A stretch of DNA of 64,000 bases from an uncultured bacterium (GCA_964472305.1 CAYYJR010000001.1:117220-181219); one strand, 5' to 3'. Positions 50,580 to 61,015 are shown, counted from the stretch's first letter. Program-made: numbers and translations. The notes: generated by a model not told the origin, from the letters alone.

Positions 50580-50609
50580 TGACCAGGGTCTTGCCGAAAT
50601 AACCGCCGT

Positions 50610-51755
50610 TTGGTATTGTCACTATACACCATTGATTCACGGGATGCGGAGGCGTTTCTCATTTCCGAGCAAAAAACATCCTGGGGCCAGCAACTGCGTC
50701 AAAACTGGAAATCCAAAGTCTACCAGCTTAAACTGGTTGCCCTGGTCTTAATCATTCTATCCGCCATCGGCGCCATCTTTTACCGGATTGTGCTGGGCTG
50801 GTCGCTGTCGGAAGCATTGCTGCAGATCGTCAACACCATCAGCACGCTGGGGGGTAATGTCAAGCCCGTCGAGGAAGCGCTACGTCCCCTGCACGAATGG
50901 TTCAGTATCTTCTACATCACCACCATCCTCGTGGTCGTCCTCTGGGGCGTCAGTCTGCTTATTGAAGCCATGGTGCGCGGCGAATTAGTCTATTACTGGG
51001 GGGCACGGCGTATGGAACGACGCATCGCGCAATTATCCAAACACTACATCATTTGCGGATTCGGCCGCATGGGCCAGGAAATCGCCCGCTCGTTCCTGCA
51101 ATCCCGCAAAGCGTTTGTCGTGGTCGAACACAACCCGATTCAGTTGCCGGCGCTGGAGAACTCAAACTACCTGTATGTGCAGGGGGATGCTCGTGAAGAC
51201 GAGTCATTGTTGCGCGCTGCTGTTGTCCGCGCGCGCGGCTTGGTCGCCGTTGCCGCCACGGACGAGGAAAACGTCTACATCACCCTCAGCGCGCGTGTGC
51301 TGAACCCCGAAATATTCATTGTCACCCGCTGTTCACAAGCCTCGGGCGAAGCGAAATTGCTGCGTGCGGGCGCCGACCGGGTTATTTCACCCTATGTCAC
51401 CGGGGGACGGCGCATCGCCCAGGCCATATTGCGTCCGTCAGTGGTTGAATTCCTCGATACTGTCATTCATGGCGAACAAATGGAGATGGTGCTCGAAGAA
51501 GTCACCATCGAGAGGGATTCACCCGCCAACGGCACTGCATTGGGTGACGGCACCGATCCGGAAACCCAGTTGGGTGTGCATGTGCTGGGCATCATGACGC
51601 GAGACGGGCGCATGCTGATGCGCGAATTTCATGCGTATGTCCTGCAGGTTGGTGATACGTTAATCCTGCTGGGCGAACCGGCACCCATGCAGGCGGCCAT
51701 CAAGCGCCTCACCGGAAAAGTGGTGGAACTGACCGAAGGCGCTTCACTGGTATGA
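50610..51755 (+). CDS. ion-channel-like membrane protein with RCK (TrkA-N/TrkA-C) domains
   Basis: N-terminal TM segments. HYIICGFGRMGQEIA Rossmann motif plus a C-terminal TrkA-C. The track start is TTG at 50610; the true start is uncertain. No canonical TVGYG filter. Confidence 0.65.
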   Translation: MVLSLYTIDSRDAEAFLISEQKTSWGQQLRQNWKSKVYQLKLVALVLIILSAIGAIFYRIVLGWSLSEALLQIVNTISTLGGNVKPVEEALRPLHEWFSIFYITTILVVVLWGVSLLIEAMVRGELVYYWGARRMERRIAQLSKHYIICGFGRMGQEIARSFLQSRKAFVVVEHNPIQLPALENSNYLYVQGDAREDESLLRAAVVRARGLVAVAATDEENVYITLSARVLNPEIFIVTRCSQASGEAKLLRAGADRVISPYVTGGRRIAQAILRPSVVEFLDTVIHGEQMEMVLEEVTIERDSPANGTALGDGTDPETQLGVHVLGIMTRDGRMLMREFHAYVLQVGDTLILLGEPAPMQAAIKRLTGKVVELTEGASLV

Positions 51756-51961
51756 TCGCCTGGCAGTTGCGCAGGCCTGAACAGCGTCTCGCCGCACTGC
51801 TGACCGACTCAACCACCGTACCGGGCACTCGCTTTAACCGACCAAACCACGGTCAAATGCTGACGCAATCGGTATGACGCGCAGAAATACCTGCGGCGGC
51901 ACCACGAAAAATGCCGGGCACGTAGCACGTGCCCGGCGTTGAATGCTTCACGACGCAGCGG

Positions 51962-52609
51962 TCAGGCGATTACCATCATGCTCTTCAGCGACTTGCCGAT
52001 TTTGCGTTTGGCGCGCTGCAGGGCGTTGTCGATGGACTTCACCCGGCGATTCAACTCCACCGCGATTTCCTGATACGATTTGCCTTCCAGATGGCTGCGC
52101 AGCACGGCGCTTTCCAGGCTGGACAGGTCACGGCGAATGCGGCGGCGCAAATCGTCGGAGAATTGCTGGGTAATCACCACTTCTTCGGGATCGCTGGTGG
52201 CTGTTTCGGCGAGTGTATCGAGCAGGGTGCGGTCGGAATCGGAGTCGAACAGATTGGTATGCAGGCTGACGTAGGAATTGAGCGGAATGTGTTTCTGGCG
52301 AGTGGCGGCCTTGATGGCGGTGAAGATCTGACGGCTGATACATAACTCGGCGAAGGCACGGAACGGCAGCATGCGGTCGTTGCGGAAATCGCGGATCGCT
52401 TTGAACAGGCCGATCATGCCTTCCTGCACGATGTCTTCATGGTCAGCGCCGACCAGGAAATAGGAGCGCGCTTTTCCTTCAACGACACTGCGGTATTTAC
52501 AGAGAAGATGCTCGGTGGCCAATTGCGAGCCTTCCTTGGCATAGATGACGACCTCTTCATCGCCCATTCCGTGGAAATTGACGAAGTGATCGCGTATCGT
52601 CAAAAACAT
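51962..52609 (-). CDS. sigH: RNA polymerase sigma factor SigH (sigma-H, early sporulation/stationary-phase type)
   Basis: KARSYFLVGADHEDIVQEGMIGLFKAIRDF and FRAFAELCISRQIFTAIKAATRQKHIPLNSYVSLHTNLFDSDSDRTLLDTL closely match my recollection of Bacillus SigH region 2 and the following segment. Confidence 0.8.
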   Translation of the reverse strand: MFLTIRDHFVNFHGMGDEEVVIYAKEGSQLATEHLLCKYRSVVEGKARSYFLVGADHEDIVQEGMIGLFKAIRDFRNDRMLPFRAFAELCISRQIFTAIKAATRQKHIPLNSYVSLHTNLFDSDSDRTLLDTLAETATSDPEEVVITQQFSDDLRRRIRRDLSSLESAVLRSHLEGKSYQEIAVELNRRVKSIDNALQRAKRKIGKSLKSMMVIA

Positions 52610-52767
52610 AATCCGCCCTCCATTCTACCCAAAAGTTTCCTATGCAAGGTCAGGGGCGAAAGCCGGGTGACCCGGGAGGCGCTCGCTCCACCGCTGGGGG
52701 AAAGATTGAAAGTCCGTCTCTGTTGCGGATGACACACCAGTGATCCCTCTTCACGAATCACAGTGAA

Positions 52768-52797
52768 ATTATAGGAACAAGGACAAGCGAGCGTCAA
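52768..52797 (-). promoter_or_regulatory. strong sigma-A type promoter TTGACG-N18-TATAAT upstream of sigH (about 150-nt leader)
   Basis: Minus-strand read cTTGACGctcgcttgtccttgttccTATAATttc. Confidence 0.55.
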
Positions 52798-52925
52798 GGG
52801 CCTTTGGGGGGGCAAGTCGGTTTTTCTTACAAAATTCCTCCTTGCCGGCGAAAATATTTTTTCGCTTGCCCGTCAATAGCCCTACCGGCGTGTTAGGGAT
52901 GACACGGAAATGGGAGATTTTCACG

Positions 52926-53717
52926 CTAAATAGCACGTGGAGCCGGCGTGCGGCCCAACAATGTCCGCACCGCCGCTTCAATATCCGCACTGGCCATCAA
53001 CGCCTCTCCGACCAGTACGGCGGCTACTCCGGCGGCCTCCAGTTCCATCACCTGGTCGGATGTGGTGATGCCGCTCTCACTGACTGCCAGACGATCGGCG
53101 GGGATATGCGGCAACAGCGCGTACGTGGTGCGCAGATCGATGGTAAAGGTATGCAGGTCGCGGTTGTTGATGCCGATCACGCGGGCGTCTGCCGCGAGGG
53201 CGATCTCCAGCTCAGCCTGATCGTGCACCTCCACCAGTGCGTCCAACCCGCAGGCGGTCGCCAGGCGCAGCAGTTCGGTCAACTCGGTGGGTGCGAGCGC
53301 CGCCACGATCAGTAGCACGGCATCCGCGCGTCCGACGGCTTCGAATATTTGCGCCGGATGAATGATGAAGTCCTTGCGCAACAGCGGCAGCGTGGCGACG
53401 GCGCGCACCGTGTCAAGGTAAGCCAGCTTTCCCTGGAAAAACGGTTCGTCGGTGAGCACCGAGATGGCGGACGCACCGGCAGCCTGGTAGGCGCGGGCAA
53501 TAGCCTCGGGGTGAAAGTCGGCGCGGATGAGGCCGCGTGACGGCGACGCCTTTTTAACTTCGGCAATGAGGGCGATGCCGGGCGCGGCAAGCGCACGCAT
53601 GAATCCGCGCGCCGGCGGTGCGGTGGGCGGCGCGGTCGGCAGATCGGTTCGCGATGCCAGCATGGCCTCCGTCGTCGCCAGAATGCGGTCGAGATAGGTT
53701 CCGGTCTGTTTGGGCAT
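52926..53717 (-). CDS. trpC: indole-3-glycerol phosphate synthase
   Basis: Start at MPKQTGTYLDRILA. ...IAEVKKASPSRG...AISVLTDEPFFQG...LLRKDFII...NNRDL...ESGI. The track ORF extends 5' to 54176, probably spuriously. Confidence 0.85.
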   Translation of the reverse strand: MPKQTGTYLDRILATTEAMLASRTDLPTAPPTAPPARGFMRALAAPGIALIAEVKKASPSRGLIRADFHPEAIARAYQAAGASAISVLTDEPFFQGKLAYLDTVRAVATLPLLRKDFIIHPAQIFEAVGRADAVLLIVAALAPTELTELLRLATACGLDALVEVHDQAELEIALAADARVIGINNRDLHTFTIDLRTTYALLPHIPADRLAVSESGITTSDQVMELEAAGVAAVLVGEALMASADIEAAVRTLLGRTPAPRAI

Positions 53718-53819
53718 GGGTCGTGCGATGTCCTCTCTGCGCAAGGTACGGGTGTATTCTCGCATATTCCGGGAACATGGACAAGGAACACCGGCGAAAA
53801 GGGCGAAAAAGGCGGGAAC

Positions 53820-54863
53820 ATGAGGTGGATAATCGATGGACATGAAGATCTGGCATGGAATGCCGTGATGCTGGGACGCGACCTGGCCGCTCCGGTGGCG
53901 ACTATCCGTCAGGCGGAGGGGCCGGTCCCCGCTCATGGCGACGGTACGGCGACGGTCAGCCTGCCCGCGTTGCGCGCGGCGGATGTCCGCGTGGTGCTGG
54001 CGACCCTTTTCGTCCTGCCGCAGCGTCCGGGACGCGATCCCGTCCGGTGTTATCATTCTCCGGAAGAAGCCCATTGTCAGGCCATTGCCCAGCTCGAATA
54101 TTACGAGCATTCGGCTGCTGTCGGCGAGGTGACGCTGCTGCACACCGCGGACGATCTGGCGGCGGCGGTTGCACAACGCGTGCCCACCCCCGGACTGGTG
54201 CTGTTGATGGAAGGCGCCGATCCGCTGCGCACGCCGGACGACCTGAGCCTTTTCGTGGAACGCGGCGTGCGCAGCATCGGACTGTCATGGAAAGGCACAC
54301 GTTACGCCGGCGGCACCGACGAACCAGGGCCGCTGACCCTGTTGGGTGAGACGTTGCTGCGCGAGATGGAGCGGCTGGGTGTAGCGTTGGATCTGAGCCA
54401 TCTGGCGGACGTGGCCTGCTGGCAGGCGCTGCGGCGCTTCCGCGGGCGTGTCATCGCCTCGCATGCCAATTGTCGCGCGCTTTCACCCGGTGATCGGCAA
54501 TTAAGCGACGACTTGATTCGCGCCATCGCCGACCGCGACGGCGCCGTCGGGTTGGTCATGTATAATCGTTTCATCCGCCCGGACTGGGACAGCTCGGCGG
54601 GGAAAGACGCGGTGAGGCTGGCCGATCTGGCTGCCCACGCGCGTTACATCGCCGACCTGGTCGGCCCGCGTTACGTGGCGTTGGGTACCGATCTCGACGG
54701 AGGCCTTGGACGCGAGGATGTCCCCCGTGAGATCGATACCGTGCTCGATCTGCCGCGTTTCGCCGACGCGCTGGCAAACGCGGGATTCACCCGGCTGGAG
54801 ATCGACGGCGTGCTGGGCGAAAATTGGCGGCGCGTGTTGAGCGGCATCTTACCCTCCGCGTGA
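53820..54863 (+). CDS. membrane dipeptidase (peptidase M19 family)
   Basis: MRWIIDGHEDLAWN (the D-G-H-x-D-L motif), then ...GLSW... and ALGTDLDGG. Confidence 0.75.
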   Translation: MRWIIDGHEDLAWNAVMLGRDLAAPVATIRQAEGPVPAHGDGTATVSLPALRAADVRVVLATLFVLPQRPGRDPVRCYHSPEEAHCQAIAQLEYYEHSAAVGEVTLLHTADDLAAAVAQRVPTPGLVLLMEGADPLRTPDDLSLFVERGVRSIGLSWKGTRYAGGTDEPGPLTLLGETLLREMERLGVALDLSHLADVACWQALRRFRGRVIASHANCRALSPGDRQLSDDLIRAIADRDGAVGLVMYNRFIRPDWDSSAGKDAVRLADLAAHARYIADLVGPRYVALGTDLDGGLGREDVPREIDTVLDLPRFADALANAGFTRLEIDGVLGENWRRVLSGILPSA

Positions 54864-54916
54864 GACGCGCAGGAAGAGATTGCTGTTCAGCAGGATCCCA
54901 AATAAAGGAGTATGCG

Positions 54917-55708
54917 ATGCAATTGACGATTGGCGAGTTGGAGATGTATTACGAAATCTCGGGCGAGGGCATCCCGCTGTTGTGCCTGCCCGCCTTTCCC
55001 TTCGACCACCGCATGTGGCACGCCCAGCAACCGCTGGATGATATCGCGCAGCGCATTTTGCCCGATTATCGCGGCACGGGCGCTTCGTCGCTGACACCGG
55101 GGCCCTATACGATGGATTTGCTGGCGGACGACATGCTGGCACTGCTCGATCACCTGCGGATCGACCGCGCGGTGGTGATGGGTGTCTCCATGGGTGTCTA
55201 CACGGCTTTTGCCTTGTACGCGAAGGCTCCGGAACGTTTCCGTGGCTTCATCATCGCCGACACGCGCGCGGAGGCGGACAGCGCGGAAACCGCCGCCCGG
55301 CGCATGCGCACGGTCGAGGGGCTTCGCGCGGAAGGCACCGCCTTTTTGCGCGAGCGCGTGAACGACCTGTTCGCCGCCACCACGCGGCGCGAGCATCCGG
55401 AACTGGTGGAGGAGATGCAGGCGGTGGCGCTGTCGCAGCATCCGGAGGGCCTGGCGCAGATCACCATCGGCATGGCGCTGCGCCCCGACCGCACCGATAT
55501 GCTGACGCAGATCCTCACCCCGACGCTGGTGTTGTGCGGCGAGGAAGACACCGTCAGTCCGGCATCCGGCATGCTCACTATGGCCAATCTCATTCCCGGT
55601 TCGCGCTTTTACCTCATTCCGCGCGCGGGGCATCTCTCCCCGCTGGAACATCCCGCCGTCGTCAATCTGCGCATACGCGATTTTTTAGCCAGCTTGCCTC
55701 CCGTGTAA
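54917..55708 (+). CDS. alpha/beta hydrolase fold protein
   Basis: Nucleophile elbow GVSMGV. Typical length of about 260 aa. The track ORF begins at 54824; start chosen at MQLTIGEL. Confidence 0.7.
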   Translation: MQLTIGELEMYYEISGEGIPLLCLPAFPFDHRMWHAQQPLDDIAQRILPDYRGTGASSLTPGPYTMDLLADDMLALLDHLRIDRAVVMGVSMGVYTAFALYAKAPERFRGFIIADTRAEADSAETAARRMRTVEGLRAEGTAFLRERVNDLFAATTRREHPELVEEMQAVALSQHPEGLAQITIGMALRPDRTDMLTQILTPTLVLCGEEDTVSPASGMLTMANLIPGSRFYLIPRAGHLSPLEHPAVVNLRIRDFLASLPPV

Positions 55709-55832
55709 CCCGCGCCTTGCTTTCCGTGGATAATCTGTTTATCATTGGGCAATCCGGTATGAACCATCAAGGCACAACGACTCCGAGATAATTCGTTGTG
55801 GCCTGGTATCCTGGTGGTGTAGAAAAACAGCC

Positions 55833-56627
55833 ATGATCATCGATATGCATACGCATGCCTTTCCAGACGCACTGGCGGAGCGCGCGGTGCGGTCGCTGGC
55901 GGCGACGGCGCAGGTGGAACCGCATTCCGACGGCACCTGTGCTGCACTGCGCGCGTCCATGCGCCGTGCCGGCATTGGATTGTCCGTCATCGCGCCCATC
56001 GCCACCAAACCGTCGCAGGCGCGTGCCATCAACGCCTGGGCGGCGGCGGTGAACCGGCAGTATGACGACTTGATCTGTTTTGGCAGCATTCACCCAGCCC
56101 AGGATGACTGGGCGGCGGAGATCGCGCGAATGCTCGCCGACGGCCTGCGCGGGGTGAAGTTTCATGGTGATTATCAGGATTTTTTCGCCGATGAGCCGCG
56201 CATGCTGCCCATCTATCGCGCGCTGGCGGACGCCGGTCTGATCGTGCTCTTTCACGCCGGGGTGGATATCGGCCTGCCACCGCCAGTGCACTGCACGCCC
56301 GAACGGCTAGCGCGCGTGCTGGACCAGGTTCCGCAGATGACTGCCATCGCTTCGCACATGGGCGGTTATGCGCAGTGGCACGATGTCGAGCGCTGGCTGC
56401 TGGGCCGCGAGTTGTTTTTTGACACGTCGTATGCGCAGGCCGACATGGGCGCCGAATACATGACCGCGCTCATCGAGGCGCATGATCCCGCGCGCGTGCT
56501 GTTCGGCACCGACTCGCCGTGGACCGATCAGGCGGCGGAAGTCGCCGCTTTCCGCGAGTTGCCGCTCACCGAAGTCGCGCAAGCCGCCGTGCTCGGGGAC
56601 AACGCCGCGCGGTTATTGCACCGATAA
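55833..56627 (+). CDS. amidohydrolase-2 family (TIM-barrel metal-dependent hydrolase)
   Basis: MIIDMHTHAFPD N-terminal metal-binding motif. 264 aa. Confidence 0.7.
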   Translation: MIIDMHTHAFPDALAERAVRSLAATAQVEPHSDGTCAALRASMRRAGIGLSVIAPIATKPSQARAINAWAAAVNRQYDDLICFGSIHPAQDDWAAEIARMLADGLRGVKFHGDYQDFFADEPRMLPIYRALADAGLIVLFHAGVDIGLPPPVHCTPERLARVLDQVPQMTAIASHMGGYAQWHDVERWLLGRELFFDTSYAQADMGAEYMTALIEAHDPARVLFGTDSPWTDQAAEVAAFRELPLTEVAQAAVLGDNAARLLHR

Positions 56628-56648
56628 TCCCACCCCCGAGAGGAGAAA

Positions 56649-57964
56649 TGATCGTGACCTGTACCGCTTTACGCGTGTTTCGCACCAGTGAGCTCTCCCC
56701 GGCGGAAATCAATCGACGGCTGTTGCCGCCGGCGGCGGACCTGGCCCGTGTGCAGGAGATCGTGGACGGCATTGTCGCTCGCGTGCGCGCGGAAGGCGAC
56801 GCGGCGGTGCTGGAGTTGATCCGCCGGTTCGACTGGCCGCAGGCGACCCTCGACCAGCTCACCGTCACCCCTGACGAGATGGCGCGCGCGGCGGCGGAGA
56901 TCGATGTGTCTACACGGGACGCCATGAAGCGGGCAGCCGAACACATCCGCCGATATCACCAGCGGCAAATGCCGTGCGACTGGTTCGACGCAATGGAGCC
57001 CGGCCTCGTTCTCGGCCAGCGCCACACCCCGGTGGACAGCGTGGCCTGTTACGTGCCAACCCGCAAGGCATCCATCCCTTCCTCACTGCTGATGAGCGTG
57101 GTCCCCGCGCAGGTGGCGGGAGTGCCGCGCATCGTGGTGGTCGGTCCGTGCCAGGCAGACGGCGCCATGCCTGCCGGCGTACTCGCCGCAGCGCATCTGC
57201 TGGGCGTCACCGAGATGTATAAACTGGGTGGTGCGGTGGCGATGGCCGCGCTGGCGTTCGGCACCGACACCTTCTCCAGGGTCGATAAAATCGTCGGCCC
57301 GGCGAATATCTTCGGCACGCTGGCGAAGAAGGCGCTATACGGCGAGGTGGGCGTGGACGGCCTTTATGGCCCCAGCGAGGTGGTAGTGATCGCCGACGGC
57401 AGCGTACCCGCGGCGTGGGTGGCGGTAGACCTGGTCAGCCAGTCGGAGCACGGCGAAGATTCACAGAGCGTGCTCATCACCCCTGACGAAGCGTATGCCG
57501 CCGCGGTGGACGCCGCCGTGCAGGCGCTGCTCGCTGCTTCGCCGCGCGCGCAATATCTGGCGACCGCGCTGGAGCAGCGCGGGGCAGTGGTGCTGGTGCG
57601 CGACCTGGCGGAGGCGGTGGAGATGGCCAATCTGCTGGCGGCGGAACACCTCGAACTGGCGGTGGCCGCGCCGGAAACACTGTTCCCTGCCATCCGCCAC
57701 GCCGGCTCCATCTTGCTGGGCGGCCATGCGCCGGTACCGGTGGGCGACTATTACGCCGGTCCCAGCCACATCCTTCCCACCGGCCGCACCGCGCGCTTTT
57801 CCAGCGGCCTGGGCGTCATGGATTTCCTCAAACGCTCCAGTCTTATCCAACTCACCCCCGACTGGCTTGCGGTCGCCGGCAGCGACATTACCACCCTCGC
57901 CGACCACGAAGGCCTGGACGCCCACGCGCAGGCGGTGAAGGTGCGGGTGGAGCAAGAGCGGTAG
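56649..57964 (+). CDS. hisD: histidinol dehydrogenase
   Basis: RBS GAGAGGAGAAATG. ...CYVPTRKASIPSSLLMSVVPAQVAGV...SQSEHGEDSQ...HLEL... characteristic of HisD. Confidence 0.88.
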
Positions 57965-58006
57965 AGAGCAACACTGCGTCGCAGTTGGCCTGGCCTTACG
58001 CTGTAT

Positions 58007-58399
58007 TCATTTTCCCGGGCGCCCGCGATCAGCTTGGGCTTTGAATGCCTTGTACTTGGCAACGGCTTCGGCGACGTAGTCGGTGACGAGTTGCGTATCG
58101 AGCTGCTCGAGCGAGGTGATGTCCAGCGTTTTCAGGATGCTGGTGCCCGCGCGCAACACACCGCGCGGGTCGTCGAGCATGGTGCCGTAGAGGAAGCGCA
58201 GGCAGACCGCGTGCTTTGTTACCCCGATGGCGCAAATCCACCGCCAGTAGTCATTGTTGAGCGTGTAAGTGAGCATGCGGTATTTAATCGCGGTGTCGAA
58301 AGCTGGGCGCGCGCGCAGCACGGCGCCGTCGAGTGCCTGCACAATCGGCACAAAGCGCGCGTCGATGCCGGCCAGAAAAGTCTCGAGTGCCGATGCCAT
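58007..58399 (-). CDS. DUF1801 (YdhG-like) domain protein
   Basis: Start at MASALETFLAGIDARF. Small alpha/beta protein. Weak family assignment. Confidence 0.5.
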   Translation of the reverse strand: MASALETFLAGIDARFVPIVQALDGAVLRARPAFDTAIKYRMLTYTLNNDYWRWICAIGVTKHAVCLRFLYGTMLDDPRGVLRAGTSILKTLDITSLEQLDTQLVTDYVAEAVAKYKAFKAQADRGRPGK

Positions 58400-58476
58400 C
58401 AGCGTTGCCTCCCCACGGGTGATCCCTACCAGATTCGGCGTTGAACGCGATTGGCCTGCACCCGAACACACCGCGA

Positions 58477-60915
58477 TTATTTTCCCCACTGTAGCAACGA
58501 CTGCAGCCACTGCAGCAGCGTACGCGGCCAGGGCATTGTTTGCTGTATATCCGGTGGTGGGGTGGGGCGCACCGGCGGCGGTGCGACGATCTGGTCATCG
58601 GGAGTCGGCTGAGTGAGATCATCCGGTGGGGAATCCGGTGAAGTGAAGGGGCCGGGCGTGGTCTCGTGCGCGGGGCGCTTGGATGCCGTCGCTTTGGGAT
58701 AACTCGGCACGATTGGCGCGACTGGCGGCGCGAGTGTCGGTGCCGGGGCGGGCACGGTGGTCGGTGCCGGTTCAACCGTCCGAGTCGACGGGGTGGGCGG
58801 AAGTATGGCCGGCAATTCCGTTGTATCGGGCAGATCGTCCGCCCCTGGGAAGATGTCGGGCATCGGGCTGATCTCCGGTGAAGAGGGCTCACTGAGATGC
58901 AGGAGGCACTCGGTAGGCACACGATCCGCGGGTAGGTAGCGCAGCATGGACGGGCAACCGGGGGTCGCGCACAACCCGGTGTCGCGGCAGAGCATCACCC
59001 GCACCAGCCCCGGCGGCACAGGAAAATCGCTGGGCGGCACGCCGCGCAGCGCGGCACGCATGAAGGCCGCCCATGTCTGTGCCGGCAGGCTGCCGCCGGA
59101 GACCCCCGCCATCGGCCGGTGATCGTCGTTGCCCATCCACACCGCGGCGCACAAGTCGGGTGTGTAACCGATGAACCAGGCGTCGCGGAAGTCGTTGGCG
59201 GTGCCGGTTTTGCCGGCCGCCGGGCGGCCAATCACTGCACGGCGGCCGGTGCCGGTGGCGATCACCGCCTGTAATCCCTGTGTCAACAGAAACGCCGTTT
59301 TCGGCGTGATGCGTTGCTGCGCGACAGGGGCCAGGCGAAACAGCACGGCATCGCCGCGGCGGATTTCACGAATCAACGCCGGCTCGATGGCTTTGCCTCC
59401 ATTGGCGAAGGTGGCAAAGGCGCGTGCCATTTCCAGCGGCGTCACCTCCGACACACCCAGCGCGAGCGGCAGCGTCGGGGTGAGCGGACTGGTTATGCCC
59501 GCCGCACGTGCGGCCGCGACAACGGCATACGGGCTGACTTGTTGTGCCAACCGTATCGCGACGCTGTTCAGCGAGCGCGCCAGCGCGGTTTCCAGCAGCA
59601 CCGGACCGTTATACCGATCGCTGTAGTTGTGTGGCGACCAATCGCCGACGGTGATGGGCGCGTCCAGTTCCGTGTCATTCATCAGCCGCCCGTGTTCCAG
59701 TGCCGCCAGATACACGAATGCTTTGAATGCCGATCCGGGTTGCCGGTGTGCCTGCAAGGCGCGGTTGAACTGGCTGCGGCGAAAGGCGGCGCCGCCCACC
59801 AGCGCGCGGATAGCGCCGGTGTGCGGATCGAGTGCCACCAGCGCCCCATTGCCCACCTGTTGTGCCGCGCCCGCCGCCAGCGCGTTCCGCATGGCGCGTT
59901 CCGCCGCTTGCTGCATCCCCGCGTCGACGGTGGTGACGATAGTCAAGCCGCCGTGGTAGATCACGTCGCGGTCATACTCCGTCAGCAATTCCCGCCGCAC
60001 CGCTTCCACTACGTAAGGTGCGCGCCAGGAAGGGCGCGCGCGACGGTGCAGGCGCAACGGCTGCGCCAGCGCCTGCCGATACTGCGCCGCGGACAACCAG
60101 TGCAGCGTCCGCATTGCGGCAAGCACACTCCGCTGGCGCTGCACCGCCGTCGCGAAATGATAGCGCGGGTCGCCGCCCCCCGGCGCGCGAATGAGTCCGG
60201 CAAGCAGCGCACTTTCCGCCGTGGTGAGGCGGTTAACCGGCTTGCCGAAATACGCTTCAGCCGCGGCGGCGATGCCGTAGGCGCCGTTGCCGAAATAGAC
60301 AGCGTTCAGGTAGCGTTCCAGGATTTCGCGCTTGGAGTGTGCGCGTTCCACGCGCAGCGCCAGCACCACTTCGCGCAGCTTGCGGCGAAATGTCCGCCGT
60401 TCATCCAGGAGATCCAGCCGCACCAGTTGCTGGGTGATAGTGCTGCCGCCCTGCACCACCCGCCCCGCGCGCAGATTTGCCCACGCCGCGCGCAGTATGC
60501 CCCGTCCATCCAGTCCGTGATGAGAAAAAAAGCGGCGATCCTCGGCAGCCAGCACGGCGTGCACGGTGGAGGACGGCACCTGGTACAGCGTAACCGGCCT
60601 GCGGTAGCGGTCGTAGAGCATTGCCAGCAACTCGCCGTCACCGGACAGGATGCGGGTAGGGCCGGGATAACGATCGGCAGGCAGTGTCAGCGGGACCAGC
60701 GTGGCAGCCAGCAACAACACGCCCAACGCCGCCACGGTATAGACGGCAATCAGCCATGCCCACGTCAGCCAACGCCAGGAGCGGCGGGTAGTGTCACGAT
60801 GCTTGCGCCGTAACCGTGCGCCGGGCCGGCGCACGCCGTCCCACCGGCCATACAGCGCCGGGAGAGCGAGTCGCGGTGCGGAATCCGGATCTTTCGACGG
60901 TTCGTGCTGTGACAT
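58477..60915 (-). CDS. class A penicillin-binding protein (PBP1A-type glycosyltransferase/transpeptidase) with ~170-aa Pro-rich C-terminal tail
   Basis: N-terminal TM. GT51 motifs (...ITQQLVRL...RKLREVVLALRVE...). Transpeptidase SAFK, SLN and KTG motifs. C-terminus P/T/A-rich, ending LLQWLQSLLQWGK. Confidence 0.9.
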   Translation of the reverse strand: MSQHEPSKDPDSAPRLALPALYGRWDGVRRPGARLRRKHRDTTRRSWRWLTWAWLIAVYTVAALGVLLLAATLVPLTLPADRYPGPTRILSGDGELLAMLYDRYRRPVTLYQVPSSTVHAVLAAEDRRFFSHHGLDGRGILRAAWANLRAGRVVQGGSTITQQLVRLDLLDERRTFRRKLREVVLALRVERAHSKREILERYLNAVYFGNGAYGIAAAAEAYFGKPVNRLTTAESALLAGLIRAPGGGDPRYHFATAVQRQRSVLAAMRTLHWLSAAQYRQALAQPLRLHRRARPSWRAPYVVEAVRRELLTEYDRDVIYHGGLTIVTTVDAGMQQAAERAMRNALAAGAAQQVGNGALVALDPHTGAIRALVGGAAFRRSQFNRALQAHRQPGSAFKAFVYLAALEHGRLMNDTELDAPITVGDWSPHNYSDRYNGPVLLETALARSLNSVAIRLAQQVSPYAVVAAARAAGITSPLTPTLPLALGVSEVTPLEMARAFATFANGGKAIEPALIREIRRGDAVLFRLAPVAQQRITPKTAFLLTQGLQAVIATGTGRRAVIGRPAAGKTGTANDFRDAWFIGYTPDLCAAVWMGNDDHRPMAGVSGGSLPAQTWAAFMRAALRGVPPSDFPVPPGLVRVMLCRDTGLCATPGCPSMLRYLPADRVPTECLLHLSEPSSPEISPMPDIFPGADDLPDTTELPAILPPTPSTRTVEPAPTTVPAPAPTLAPPVAPIVPSYPKATASKRPAHETTPGPFTSPDSPPDDLTQPTPDDQIVAPPPVRPTPPPDIQQTMPWPRTLLQWLQSLLQWGK

Positions 60916-61015
60916 GACTGCGCGCGCTCCATCCCGAACAGGTAATGGAAATGTACCCGCCGGGAGACGCGATGGAGAAGAAGCGATGGGGGATTCGCCT
61001 CACAAAGCGGCGCGG

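Noticed and set aside
52926-54176. Full 416-aa minus-strand ORF as an extended trpC
   Set aside because: The N-terminal 150 aa are Arg-rich noise overlapping the divergent dipeptidase promoter region. IGPS homology begins at MPKQTGTYLDRI (53717).
56519-56648. 5' extension of hisD overlapping the amidohydrolase gene
   Set aside because: The extension is Arg-rich with no homology. A good RBS precedes the ATG at 56649.
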